From Squalus acanthias (taxonomy: Eukaryota), in the NCBI GenBank assembly GCA_030390025.1, contig CM059431.1, forward strand, positions 157,544,001-157,608,000: a stretch of 64,000 bases of DNA, in the 5' to 3' direction. The notes beneath the pieces are model-generated. The model ran no database searches and was not told the origin of the DNA. It was given only the letters and a program-made list of their open reading frames with translations. This document shows, one piece after another, positions 1 to 13,225 of this stretch. Positions within the stretch are counted from its first letter, which is position 1. The number at the start of each line of letters is the position of its first letter. The position numbers and the translations under genes are program-made.

Positions 1-2822
1 TCCTGTGTGAGCAGACAGTGTGTAACCTGGCAAGATGGGCCCAGTGAGATCAGACAGTGTGTAACCGGGGGAGCTTGGGTCCTGTGAGAGCAGACAGTGT
101 GCAACATGGGGAGGATGGGCCCAGTGAGATCAAACAGTGTGTAACCCTTAGAGGATGGGCTAAGTGAGATCAGACAGTGTGTAACCCTTAGAGGATGGGT
201 CCAGTGAGACTAGCAAGTGTGGACACAGTGCTGGATGGGCCCAGTGAGATCAGGCAGTGTACAATCCGGGATGATGGGTCCAGTGAGATCAGACAGTGTG
301 AAACACGAAGAGGATCGGTCCAGTGAGATCAGACAGTGTGCAATGCGGCGAGGATGGGCCCAGTGAGATCAGACAAAGTGTAACCCGGGGTCGATGGGCC
401 CGTTGAGATCAGGCAGTGTGTATCCCGGGTGGATGGTCTCAATGAGATCAGACAGCGTGTTACCCGGGGAGGATGGGCCCAATGATATCAGGCAGTGTGT
501 AACATGGTGAGGATGGGCCCAGTGCAATCAGACAGTGTGTAACCCGGGAAAATGGGCGCAGTGAGATCAGACAGTGTGTAACCCGGGGAGGATGAGCCCA
601 GTGAGATCAGACAGTGTGTAACCCGGGTAGGATGGGCCCGGTGAGATCAGACAGTGTGTAACCCGGGGAGGATGAGCCCAGTGAGATCAGACAGTGTGTA
701 ACCCGGGTAGGATGGGCCCGGTGAGATCAGACAGTGTGTAACCCGGGGAGGATGAGCCCAGTGAGATCAGACAGTGTGTAACCCGCGGAGGATGGGCCCA
801 GTGAGATCAGCCAGTGTTTACGCGGGGAGGATGGGTCCAGTGAGACTAGACAGTGTGTAAACAGGGCAGGTTGGGCCCAGTGAGATCAGACCGTGTGTAA
901 CCCGGGGAGGATGGGCCCAGTGACATCAGACAGTGTGTAACCCGGGGAGGTTGGGCCCAGAGAGATTAGACAATGTGCTACCCGGGGAGGATGGGCCCAG
1001 TGAGATCAGACAGTGTGTAACCGGGGGAGCATGGGCCCGGTGAGATCAGACAGTGTGCTAACCGTGGAGGATTGGCCCAGTGAGATCAGACAGTGTGTAA
1101 CCGGGAAAGATGGGCCCAGTGAGATCAGACAGTGAGTAACCCGGGGAGCATTGGTCCTGTGTGAGCAGACAGTGTGTAACCCAGGGAGGACGGGACCAGT
1201 GAGATCAAAAAGTGTGTAACAAGGAATGGATGGACCAAGTGAGATCAGACATTGTGTAACCCGGGGAGCATGACTCCTGTGAGTGCAGACAGTGTGCAAC
1301 CTGGGACGGATGGGCCCAGTGAGATCAGACAGTGTGTAACCCTTAGAGGATGGGCTAAGTGAGATCATACAGTGTGTAACCCGGGGAGGATGGGCCCAGT
1401 AAGATCAGCCAGTGTTTACCCGGGGAAGAGGGGCCCAGTGAGATCAGACAGTTTGTAACCCGAGGAGGATGGGCCCAGTGAGATCAGGCAGTGTGTAACA
1501 CGAAGAGGATCGGTCCAGTGAGATCAGACAGTGTGTAATGCGGCGAGGATGGGCCCAGTGAGATCAGAGAGAGTGTAACCCGGGGAGAATAGAACAAGTG
1601 ATAACAGACAATGTATAACCCGGGGAGGATGGGCCCAGTGAGATCAGAGAGAGTGTAGCCCGGGGAGGATGTGCCAAGTGAAATCAGACATATCGCAACC
1701 CGGGGAGGACGGGCCCAGTGAGATCAGACAGTGTGTAACACGGGGAGAATGGACCAAGCGATAACAGACAATGTATAACCCGGGGAGGATGGGCCCAGTG
1801 AGATCAGAGAGAGTGTAACCCGGGGAGAATGGACCAAGTGATAACAGACAATGTATAACCCGGGGAGGATGGGCCCAGTGAGATAACACAATTTTTCACC
1901 CTTGGAGGTTGTTCCAGTGAGATAGATAGTGTATATCCCGGGGAGGAAGGGTCCAGTGAGATCAGAAACTGTTTAACCCGTGATGGATGGGCCTAATGAG
2001 ATCAGACAGTGTGTCAACCGGGGAGGATGGGCCCAGTGCGATCACACAGTTTGTAACCAGGGGAGGTTAGTTCCATTGAGATTAGGCAGTGGATAACCCG
2101 GGGAGGATGGGCTCAGTGAGAGCAGACACTCTGTAATCCTGGGAGGATGGGCCCAGTGAGAGGAGACAGTGTGTAATCCTGGGAGGATAAACTCAGTGAA
2201 AGCGAACAGTTTGTAATCCTGGGAGGATTGGCCCAGTGAGACCAGACAGTGTGTAACACGCGGAGAATGGGTCCAGTGAGATCAGACAGTGTGTAAACCG
2301 GGGACGATGGTCGAAGTGGGATAAAACTGTGTGCAACCCGGGGAAGATGTGACCAACGAGATCAGATTATGTGTAACCCGGGGAGGATGGGCCCAGTGAG
2401 ATCAGACAGTGTGTAACCCGGAAGGATCGCCCAGTGAGATCCGACAGTTTGTTACCAGGGGAGGACGGGGCCAGTGACATCAGACAGTGTGTAAACCGCG
2501 GAGGATGGGCCCCCTGAGATCAGGCAGTGCTTAGCTCGAGGAGGATGGGCCCAGTGCGATTAGACAGTGTTTAAACCGGGGAGGATGGACCCAGTGAGAT
2601 CAGACAGTGTTTAAACCGGGGAGGATGGGCCCAGTGAGATCAGACAGTGTGTAACCCGGGAAGATGGGCCCGGTGAGATCAGACAGTGTGCTACCCGTGG
2701 AGGATTGGCCCAGTGAGATCAGACAGTGTGTAACCTGGCAAGATGGGCACAGTGAGATCTGACAGTGTGTTACCCGGGGAGCATTGGTCCTGTGTGAGCA
2801 GACAGTGTGTAACCTGGCAAGA

Positions 2823-3260
2823 TGGGGAGATCTTATGAGGAAAGATTGAGGGAGTTGGGGCTTTTCTCTTTAGAGCGGAGGAGGATGAGAGGCGACTTAA
2901 TAGAGGTTTATAAGATGATGAGGGGGATAGATAGAGTGGATGTTCAGAGACTATTTCCTCGGGTAGAGGCAGCTGTTACAAGGGGGCATAACTATAAGGT
3001 GCATGGGGGGAGATATAGAAGGGATGTCCGAGGTAGATTCTTTACTCAGAGAGTGGTTGGGGTGTGGAATGGACTGCCTGCTGTGATAGTGGAGTCGGAC
3101 ACTTTAGGAACTTTCAAGCGGTTATTGGATAAGCACATGGAGCACACCAGAGTGATAGAGAGTGTGATAGCTTGATCTTGGTCTCGGACAATGCTCGGCA
3201 CAACATCGAGGGCCGAAGGGCCTGTACTGTGCTGTACTGTTCTATGTTCTATGTTCTATG
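2823..3260 (+). mobile_element. 5'-truncated young CR1 LINE 3' end inserted in the satellite
   Basis: ORF 2822-3175 (SYEERLRELGLFSLERRRMRGDLIEVYK...FFTQRVV) is a CR1 ORF2 C-terminus and ends in a (TTCTATG)n tail. The peptide differs by about one residue from the 27537-27944 copy. Confidence 0.95.
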
Positions 3261-6200
3261 GGACCAGTGAGATCAGACAGTGTGCAACAAGGAATGGATG
3301 GCCCAAGTGATATCAGACAGTGTGTAACCTAGGGAGGATGTGCCCAGTGAGATCAAACAGTGTGTAACCCTTAGAGGATGGGTTAAGTGAGATCAGACAG
3401 TGTGTAACCCGGGGTGGATGGGCCCAGTGAGACTAGCAAGTGTGGAAACATGGCAGGATGGGCCCACTGAGATCAGGCAGTGTATAATCCGGGGCTGATG
3501 GGTCCAGTGAGATCAGACAGTGTGAAACACGAAGAGGATCGGTCCAGTGAGATCAGACAGTGTGCAATGCGGCGAGGATGGGCCCAGTGAGATCAGACAA
3601 AGTGTAACCCGGTGTCGATGGGCCCGTTGAGATCAGGCAGTGTGTATCCCGGGTGGATGGTCTCAATGAGATCAGACAGCGTGTTACCCGGGGAGGATTG
3701 GCCCAATGATATCAGACAGTGTGTATCCGGGGAGGATGGGCCCAGAGCAATCAGACAGTGTGTAACCCGGGAAAATGGGCGCAGTGAGATCAGACTGTGT
3801 GTATCCCGGGGAGGATGGTCCCAGTGAGATTAGACAGTGTGTATCCCGGGGAGGAGGGCCCAGTGAGATTAGACAGTGTGTAATCCGCGGAGGATGGGCC
3901 CAGTGAGATCAGCCAGTGTTTACCCGGGGAGGATGGGTCCAGTGAGACTAGACAGTGTGTAAACAGGGCATGTTGCGCCCAGTGAGATCAGGCAGTGTAT
4001 AATCCGGGGAGGATGGGTCCAGTGAGATCAGACCGTGTGTAACCCGGGGAGGATGGGCTCAGTGAGATCAGGCAGTGTGTAACACGAAGAGGATCGGTCC
4101 AGTGAGATCAGACAGTGTGTAAAGCGGCGAGGATGGGTCCAGTGAGATCAGACTGTGTGTTATCCGGCGAGGATGGTCCCAGTGAGATCAGGCAGTGTGT
4201 AACACGAAGAGGATCGGTCCAGTGAGATCAGACAGTGTTTAACCCGGGGAGGATGGGACAAGTGAGATCAGACAGTGTGTAAATCGGGGAGGATCGGTCC
4301 AGTGAAATTAGACAGTGTGTAACCCGGGGAGGATGGGCCCCTTGAGATCAGACTGTGTGCTAACCGGGGAGGATGGGCCCAGTGAGATCAGACAGTGTGT
4401 AACCGGGGAAGGATGGGCCCGGTGAGATCAGACAGTATGTAACCTTGCAAGATGTGCCCAGTGAGATCAGACAGTGAGTAACCCGGGGAGCATTGGTCCT
4501 GTGTGAGAAGACAGTGTGTAACCCAGGGAGGACGGGACCAGTGAGATCAAACAGTGTGTAACAAGCTATGGATGGACCAAGTGATATCAGACAGTGTTTA
4601 ACCCGGGGAGCATGACTCCTGTGAGTGCAGACAGTGTGCAAACTGGGGCGGATGGGCCCAGTGAGATCAGACAGTGTGTAACCCTTAGAGGATGGGCGAA
4701 GAGAGATCATACAGTGTGTAACCCGGGGAGGATGTGCCCAGTAAGATCAGCCAGTGTTTACCCGGGGAGGATGGGCCCAGTGAGATCAGACAGTGTGTAA
4801 ACCGGGGAGGATTGGCCCAGTGAGATTAGAGAGTGAGTAACCGGGGGAGGATGGGCCCGGTGAGATCAGACAGTTTGCTATCCTGGGAGGATGGGCCCAG
4901 TGAGATCAGACAGTGTGTAACCGGGGGAGGATGGGCCCGGTGAGATCAGACAGTGTGCTACCCGGGCAGGATTGGCCCAGTGAGATCAGACAGTGTTTAC
5001 CCGGGGAGGATGGGCCCAGTGAGATCAGAAAGTGTGTAACCCGGGGAGGATGGGCCCAGTGAGATCAGGCAGTGTGGTAACACGAAGAGGATCGGTCCAG
5101 TGAGATCAGACAGTGTGTAATGCGGCGAGGATGGGCCCAGTGAGATCAGACAATGTGTAACCCGGGAAGATGGGCGGAGTGAGATCAGACAGTGTGAAAC
5201 CCAGGGAGGATGGGCCCAGTGAGATCAGACAGTGTGTAACCCGGGGAGGATTGGCCCAGTGAGATTAGAGAGTGATTAACACGGGAAGGTTGGGCCCAGT
5301 GAGATCAGACAGACTGGAGCCCTTGGAGGATGGGCCCAGTAAGTTCTGACAGTATGTAACCCGGGGAGAATACACGCAGTGAGGTCAGACAATGTGTAAC
5401 CCGGGAAGGATGGCCCACTGAGATCAGACAGTGTGTAACACCGGAAGGATGGTTCCAGTGAGATCAGACACTGTGTAACCCGGGGAGGATGAGCCCAGTG
5501 AGTTCAGACAGTGTGTAAATCGGGGTGGATGCGCCCAGTGAGATCAGACAGTGTGCAACCTGGGAGGATGGGCCCAGTCAGATCAGAAAGTGTGTAACCC
5601 GGGGAGGATGGGCCCAGTAAGATCAGACAGTGTTTAACCCGGGGAGGATGGGCGCAGTGATATCAGACAGTGTGTTATCCGGGAAGGATGGGCCCAGTGA
5701 GATCAGACAGTGTGTAACCCGGGGTGGTTGGGCCCAGTGAGATAAGACAGTGTGCTACCCGGGGAGGATGGGCCCAGTGAGATCAGACAGTGTGTAACCC
5801 GGGGAGGATGGGCCCAGTTAGATCAGGCAGTGTGTAACACGAAGAGGATCGGTCCAGTGAGATCAGACAGTGTGTAATGTGGCGAAGATGGGCACAGTGT
5901 GATCAGACAGTGTGTAACCCGGGGAGGATGGGTCAGTGTGATCAGACAGTGTGTAACCCGGGGAGGATGGGTCAGTGAGATCAGAGAGAGTGTAGCCCGG
6001 GGAGGATGTGCCAAGTGAAATCAGACATATCGCAACCCGGGGAGGATGGGCCCAGTGAGATCAGACAGTGTGTAACACGGGAAGAATGGACCAAGTGATA
6101 ACAGACAATGTATAACCCGGGGAGGATGGGCCCAGTGAGATCACACAATTTTTTACCCGGGGAGGTTGTTCCAGTGAGATAGATAGTGTATATCCCGGGG

Positions 6201-7739
6201 AGGAAGGGTCCAGTGAGATCAGTAACTGTTTAACCCGTGATGGATGGGCCTAATGAGATCAGACAGTGTGTAAACCGGGGAGGATGGGCCCAGTGAGGTC
6301 ACACAGTTTGTAACCAGGGGAGGTTAGTTCCATTGAGATTAGGCAGTGGATAACACGGGGAGGATGGGCTCAGTGAGAGCAGACACTCAGTAATCCTGGG
6401 AGGATGGGCCCAGTGAGAGGAGACAGTGTGTAATCCTGGGAGGATAAACTCAGTGAAAGCGAACAGTTTGTAATCCAGGGAGGATTGGCCCAGTGAGACC
6501 AGACAGTGTGTAACCCGCGGAGAATGGGTCCAGTGAGATCAGACAGTGTGTAAACCGGGGACGATGGTCCCAGTGAGATAAAACAGTGTGCAACCCGGCG
6601 AAGATGTGACCAACGAGATCAGATTATGTTTAACCCGGGGAGGATGGGCCAGTGAGATCAGACAGTGTGTAAACCGGGGAGGATGGGCCCACTGAGATCA
6701 GACAGTGTGTAACCCGGAAGGATCGCCAGTGATATCGGACAGTTTGTTACCAGGGGAGGACGGGCCCAGTGAGATCAGACAGTGTGTAAACCGCGGAGGA
6801 TGGGCCCCCTGAGATCAGGCAGTGTTTAGCTCGAGGAGGATGGGCACAGTGCGATCAGACAGTGTGTAAACCGCGGAGGATGGGCCCGGTGTGATCAGAC
6901 AGTGTGTAACAAGGAATGGATGGTCCAAGTGAGATCAGACAGTGTGTAACCCGGGAAGATGGGCCCGGTGTGATCAGACAGTGTGCTACCCGGCGAGGAT
7001 TGGTCCTGTGTGAGCAGACAGTGTGTAACCTGGCAAGATGGGCCCAGTGAGATCAGACAGTGTGTAACAAGGAATGGATGGCCCAAGTGAGATCAGACAG
7101 TGTGGAAACCGGGGGAGCATGGGTCCTGTGAGAGCAGACAGTGTGCAACCTGGGGAGTATGGGCCCAGTGAGATCAAACAGTGTGTAACCCTTAGAGGAT
7201 GGGCTAAGTGAGATCAGACAGTGTGTAATCCGGGGTGGATGGGCCCAGTGAGATCAGCCAGTGTTTACCCGGGGAGGATGGGTCCAGTGACACTTGCAAG
7301 TGTGGAAACAGGGCAGGATGGGCCCACTGAGATCAGGCAGTGTATATTTCGGGGATGATGGGTCCAGTGAGATCAGACAGTGTGAAACACGAAGTGGATC
7401 GGTCCAGTGAGATCAGACAGTGTGCAATGCGGCGAGGATGGGCCCAGTGAGATCAGACAAAGTGTAACCCGGGGTCGATGGGCCCGTTGAGATCAGGCAG
7501 TGTGTATCCCGGGTGGATTGTCTCAATGAGATCAGACAGTGTGTAATCCGGGGAGGATGGGCCCAGTGCAATCAGACAGTGTGTAACCCGGGAAAATGGG
7601 CGCAGTGAGATCAGACAGTGTGTAACACGAAGAGGATCGGTCCAGTGAGATCAGACAGTGTGTTAAGCGGCGAGGATGGGCCCAGTGAGATCAGACAGTG
7701 TGTAATGCGGGGAGGATGGGCCCAGTGAGATAAGATAAT

Positions 7740-8479
7740 GGCCCAAAAATTCGTGAGGAAGCCTTCGTGCGAGGGTAAGGCCTCCCCGCGATCTCTCACT
7801 CCGCGTTGGCTTTTTCAGTTCCAGCTCGCACGAACTTGATGTTCTGGACAGCTGCTGTGCTGGGCTTGCGTATCCCACCGGCGTAGTTAATTCGTGCGAG
7901 CTGTGGGATCACGTGAGTCAGTTAGAGCCAATGGCAGCACACCATCTTCCATTCATAACTTTCACATAAGTGCTGTGAAAGTTATGAATACTATAGCCCT
8001 CCAAATGAACCGCTAAACCTCAATTAAATTTTAAGAAAAAACCATCACATTAATAAAATAAGTATAGTTAAATAAATTAACCATTTTAAATAAAAAATTA
8101 AATTTTTGAAAAAATTTAAAATCTTTTAAAAAGTTATAAAAATAAACTTACCTGTCTTTAAAGTCTCTAAAAAAGATATACCTGTTAAAAAAATTTCAAA
8201 ATAATACTTAATTCACTACCTACCTTGTTATAAGTGGGTCTTACTCTTTTTTTTATGTGTAGAATCTTCCGTACTTACCTGCGCGTTGAAACCACTAAGT
8301 GCATTGCATGTGCGCAGCCTGTAGCGCGCACCGGTTCACCTAGGACCCGCCCCCTTTTCCATTCACCAAGTGCCGGTTTTCAGCGCATGCGCAGTGCATG
8401 CAGAAAACCGGCAATTGGAGACAGAATACGCGAGAGTACGCAGTGCGTACTCTCGCGTAGCGGCACTAATTTTTGGGCC
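7740..8479. mobile_element. 740-bp non-autonomous DNA transposon (MITE), probably PIF/Harbinger-type
   Basis: TIRs GGCCCAAAAATT(C/A)GTG (7740.. and ..8479), 3-bp TSD AAT (7737-7739, 8480-8482), AT-rich centre and subterminal hairpins. The superfamily is inferred from the 3-bp TSD and GG termini. Confidence 0.85.
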
Positions 8480-10577
8480 AATGTGTAACCGGGGTCGATG
8501 GGCCCGTTGAGATCAGGCAGTGTGTATCCCGGGTGGATGGTCTCAATGAGATCAGACAGCGTGTAACCCAGGGCGGATGGGCACAGTGAAATCATACAGT
8601 GTGTAACCGGGGGAGGATGGGCCCGGTGAGATCAGACAGTGAGTAACCCGGGGAGGATTGGCCCAGTGAGATCAGACAGTGAGTAACCCGGGGAGCATTG
8701 GTCCTGTGTGAGCAGACAGTGTGTAACCCAGGGAGGACGGGACCACTGAGATCAAACAGTGTGTAACAAGGAATGGATGGACCAAGTGAGATCAGACAGT
8801 GTGTAACACGGGGAGCATGAATCCTGTGAGTGCAGACAGTGTGCAACCTGGGGCGGATGGGCCCAGTGAGATCAGACAGTGTGTAACCCTTAGAGGATGG
8901 GCTAAGTGAGATCATACAGTGTGTAACCCGGGGAGGATTGGCCCAGTAAGATGAGCCAGTGTTTACCCGGGGAGGATGGGCCCAGTGAGATCAGACAGTG
9001 AGTAACCCGGGGAGGATGGGCCCAGTGAGATCAGGCAGTGTGTAACACGAAGAGGATCGGTCCAGTGAGATCAGACAGTGTGTAATGCGGCGAGGATGGG
9101 CCCAGTGAGATCAGACAATGTGTAACCCGGGGTGGATTGGCCCAGTGATATCAGACAGTGTGTAACCCGGGGAGGATGGGCCCAGTGAGATCAGACAGTG
9201 TGTAACCCGGGGAGGATGGGCCCAGTGCAATCAGACAGTGTGTAACCCGGGAAGATGGGCGCAGTGAGATCAGACAGTGTTTAACCCGGGGAGGATGGGC
9301 CCAGTGAGATCAGACAGTGTGTAACCCGGGGAGGATTGGCCCAGTGAGATCAGACAGTCTGTAAACCGGGGAGGATTGGCCCAGTGAGATTAGAGAGTGA
9401 GTAACCCGGGAAGGTTGGGCCCAGTGAGATCAGACAGAGTGCAACCCTTGGAGGATGGGCCCAGTGAGTTCTGACAGTATGTAACCCGGGGAGAATGCAC
9501 GCAGTGAGGTCAGACAATGTGTAACCCGGGAAGGATGGCCCAGTGAGATCAGACAGTGTGTAACCCGGGAAGGATGGTTCCAGTGAGATCAGACAGTGTG
9601 TAACCCGGGGAGGATGAGCCCAGTGAGTTCAGACAGTGTGTAAATCGGGTTGGATGCGCCCAGTGAGATCACACAGTGTGCAACCTCGGAGGATGGGCCC
9701 AGTCAGATCAGAAAGTGTGTAACCCTGGGAGATGGGCTCAGTAAGATCAGACAGTGCTTAACCCGGGGAGGATGGGCGCAGTGAGATCAGATAGTATTTA
9801 ACCCGGGGAGGATGTGCCAATTGAAATCAGGCAGATTGCAACACGGGGAGGATTGGCCCAGTGTGAACAGGCAGTGTGTAACCTCGGAGGATGGGCCCAG
9901 TGAATTCAAACAGTGTGTAACCCGGGGAGGATGGGCCAAGTGAGATCAGACAGTGTGTAACCCGGGGAGGATGGACCCAGTGAGATCAGAGAGAGTGTAA
10001 TCCGGGGAGGATATGCCAAGTGAAATCAGACAGATTGCAACACGGGGAGGATGGGCCCAGTGTGAACAGACAGTGTGTAAACCGGAGAGGTTGGGCCCAG
10101 TGAAATCAAACAGTGTGTAAACAGGGGAGAATGGACCAAGTGATATCAGACAGTGTATAACCCGGGGAGGATGGGCCCTGTGAGATCACACAATTTTTCA
10201 CCCGGGGAGGTTGTTCCAGTGAGATAGACAGTGTATATCCCGGGGAGGAAGGGCCCAGTGAGATCAGAAAGTGTTTAACCCGTGATGGATGGGCCTAGTG
10301 AGATCAGACAGTGTGTAACCCGGGGAGGTTAGTTCCAGTGATATTAGGCAGTGGATAACATGGGGAGGATGATCTCAGTGCGAGCAGACACTCTGTAATC
10401 CTGGGTGGATGGGCCCAGTGAGAGGAGACAGTGTGTAATCCTTGGAGAATAAGCTCAGTGAAAGCGATCAGTTTGTAATCCTGGGAGGATGGGCCCAGTG
10501 AGATCAGACAGTGTGTAAACCGGGGACGATGGTCCCTGTGAGATCAGACAGTGTGTAACCCGGGGAAGATGGGCCCA

Positions 10578-10856
10578 ACCGGTGGCATAGTGGCTAGCAC
10601 TGGTGCCTCACAGCGCCAGAGACCCGGGTTCGAATCTGGCCTCGGGTGACTGTCTGTGTGGAGTTTGCACATTCTCCCCGTGTCTGCGTGGGTTTCCTCC
10701 GGGTGCTCCGGTTTCCTCCCACAGTCCAAAAATGTGCGGGTTAGGTTGATTTGGCTATGATAAACTGACCCTTAGTGTTAGGGGTGGATTAAATACGTGG
10801 GGTTACGGGGATAGGGTGGGATATGTGTCGGTGCAGGCTCGATGGGGATTCTGTGT
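10578..10856 (+). mobile_element. tRNA-derived HE1/V-SINE-type SINE
   Basis: A box TGGCATAGTGG, B box GGTTCGAATC, V-domain GTGTGGAGTTTGCACATTCTCCCCGTGTCTGCGTGGGTTTCCTCCGGGTGCTCCGGTTTCCTCCCACAGTCCAAA; shortened tail. Confidence 0.92.
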
Positions 10857-10859
10857 GAG

Positions 10860-10964
10860 AGGGTAGGGACAGGGTACTGGATTTGGATGATCAGCCATGA
10901 TCGTATTGAATGGTGGAGCAGGCTCCACGGGCCGAATGGCCTACTCCTGCTCCTAGTTTATATG
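10860..10964 (+). mobile_element. CR1 3' UTR fragment
   Basis: GATCAGCCATGATC...GGGCCGAATGGCCTACTCCTGCTCCTA matches the tails of other CR1 copies in the window (e.g. about 33380-33490). Confidence 0.8.
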
Positions 10965-11009
10965 TAACCCGGGGAGGATGGGCTCAGTGAGATCAGACAT
11001 TGTGTAACA

Positions 11010-11416
11010 ATTTTTGTTTGTCCCTTGTTTTCTTCCCTCCCAGATGGAAACTCTCCTTCTTTCTGCGAGCACAATTCAAACTTCATCTAGATCCATCCTT
11101 TGTTCCGAAAGCTGTCCCATATCCATATCCTCTTGCCTTGAATATCTCTTAATGTCTCTCAATGTCTCTTCATTTCTCCTGCTTTCTATCCTATCACTGA
11201 CCTTCCCTATTGTTCTTTCATCCCCTCCCTCTTTTCCCAGCCTCTAAACTTGCTTTAAAATCTATTCCGTTTTCTGCTTTTTTCAGTTCTGACGAAAGTA
11301 CATCGAACTGAAACGTTACTCTGTTTCTCTCTCCACGGATTCTGCCTGGTCTGCTAAGTTTTTCCAGCGTTTTAGGTTGTTATTTCGGATTTCCAGCATC
11401 CGCAGTATTTTGCCAT
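11010..11416 (+). mobile_element. Penelope-like element 3' terminal fragment
   Basis: Pyrimidine-rich tract followed by TCTGACGAAAG...GAAACGTT...TTTCCAGCATCCGCAGT, homologous to 45200-45320 at the end of the Penelope-like RT/GIY-YIG element. Confidence 0.75.
11284..11323 (+). ncRNA. Minimal hammerhead ribozyme motif (degenerate)
   Basis: CUGACGA (11289-11295), short imperfect stem II, GAAA (11310-11313), CGUU. Confidence 0.55.
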
Positions 11417-13225
11417 TGTGTAACCCGGGGTGGATGGGCCCAGTGAGTTCAGACAGTGTGTAACCCGGGGAGGATAGGCCCAGTGAAATCAGACCGTGTG
11501 TAATCTAGGGAGGTTGGGTCCAGTGAGATCCGACAGTGTATAACCTGGGAAGATGGGTCAAGTGAGATCAGACAGTGTGTAACCCGGGGAGCATGGGTCC
11601 TGTGTGAGCAGACAGTGTGTAACCCGAGGAGGACGGGCCCAGTGAGATCAGACAGTATGTAACACGGGATGGATGGACCCCGTGAGATCAGACAGTGTGC
11701 AACCTGGGGAGGATGGGCCCAGTGAGATCAGACAGTGTGGAACCCGCAGAGGTTGGGCTCAGTGAGATCAGACAGTGTGTAACCCGGGGAGGATTGGTCC
11801 TGTGAGACTAGACAGTGTGTACACAGGGGAGGATAGGCCTAATTAGATCAGGCAGTGTATCACCCGGGGAGGATGGGTCTAGTGAGATTAGACAGTGTGT
11901 AACCCGGGGAGTATTGGCCCAGTGAGATCAGGCAGTGTTTAACCCGAAGAGGATGGGTCAGGTGAAATCAGACAGTGTGTAACCCGGGGAGGATGGGCGC
12001 AGTGAGACAGTATGTAACCCGGGGAGGATGTGTCAAGTGAAATCAGACAGATTGCAACACGGGGAGGATGGGCCCAGTGTGAATAGACAATGTGTAAACC
12101 GGAGAGGATGGTCCCAGTGAGATCAGACAGAGTGTAACCCGGGGAGGATGCGTCCAGTGAGATCAGACAGTGTGTAAACAGGAGAGGATGGGCCCGGTGT
12201 GATCAGACAGTGTGTAACCCGGGGAGGATGGGCACAGTGAGATCAGAGAGTGTGGAACCCTGGGAGGATGTGCCAAGTGAATTCAGACATATTGCAACCC
12301 GGGGAGGATGGGCCCAGTGAGATCAGACTGTTTGTAGCCCGGAGAGGATGGGCTCAGTGAGATCAGGCAGTGTTTAACCCGGGGAGGATGGGTCCAGTGA
12401 GACAGTATGTAACCCGGGGAGGATGTGTCAAGTGAAATCAGACAGATTGCAACACGGGGAGGATGGGCCCAGTGTGAATAGACAATGTGTAAACCGGAGA
12501 GGATGGTCCCAGTGAGATCAGACAGAGTGTAACCCGGGGAGGATGCGTCCAGTGAGATCAGACAGTGTGTAAACAGGGGAGGATGGGCCCGGTGAGATCA
12601 GACAGTGTGTAACCCGGGGAGGATGGGCACAGTGAGATCAGAGAGTGTGGAACCCTGGGAGGATGTGCCAAGTGAATTCAGACATATTGCAACCCGGGGA
12701 GGATGGGCCCAGTGAGATCAGACTGTTTGTAGCCCGCAGAGGATGGGCTCAGTGAGATCAGGCAGTGTTTAACCCGGGGAGGATGGGTCCAGTGAGATCA
12801 GACAGTCTGTATCCCAGGGAGGATGGGCCCAGTGAGATCAGACCGTGTGTAACCCGGGGAGGATGTGCGCAGTGAGATCAGACAGTGTGTAACCAGGAAG
12901 GATGGGCCCAGGGAGTTCAGACAGTGTGTAACCCGGGGAGGATGGGCCCAGAGAGATCAGACAGTGTTTTACCCGGGGATGATGGGTCCAGTGAGATCAG
13001 ACAATGTGTAACCCGGGGAGGATGGGCCCAGTAAGATCAGACAGTTTATAACCCGGGGAGGATGGGCCCAGTGAGATCCGACAGTGTGTAACCCGGGGAG
13101 GATTGATCCAGTGAGATCAGACAGTGTGTAAACAGGGGAGGATGGGCCCAGTCAGATCAGGTAGTGTGAAACCCGGGGAGGATGGGTCCAGTGATATCAG
13201 ACAATGTGTAACCCGGGTAGGATGC

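Larger units (their letters stand above)
1..13224. repeat. 40-bp tandem satellite array 1 (consensus GTGAGATCAGACAGTGTGTAACCCGGGGAGGATGGGCCCA), interrupted by TE insertions
   Basis: Head-to-tail 40-nt units with no unique spacers. The ORFs in the track (ISLGPSSPGYTLSDLTGP...) are translations of the unit. The array runs off the window start. Confidence 0.98.

Noticed and set aside
1006..8915. Many 60-120 aa ORFs (ISLGPSSPGYTLSDLTGP...), also at 38829-40872
   Set aside because: These are translations of the satellite; the 40-nt unit shifts frame and stops recur.
10578..10650. Functional tRNA gene
   Set aside because: The A/B boxes belong to a SINE head that continues into the V-domain; no complete acceptor stem or poly-T terminator.
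1..13224. CRISPR-like array
   Set aside because: Units are contiguous 40-mers with no unique spacers; there are no cas genes and the context is eukaryotic.
1..13224. V(D)J RSS-like heptamers (GACAGTG/CACAGTG) in the satellite
   Set aside because: Mostly GAC rather than the essential CAC; no ACAAAAACC nonamer at 12/23 spacing; no V/J segments.
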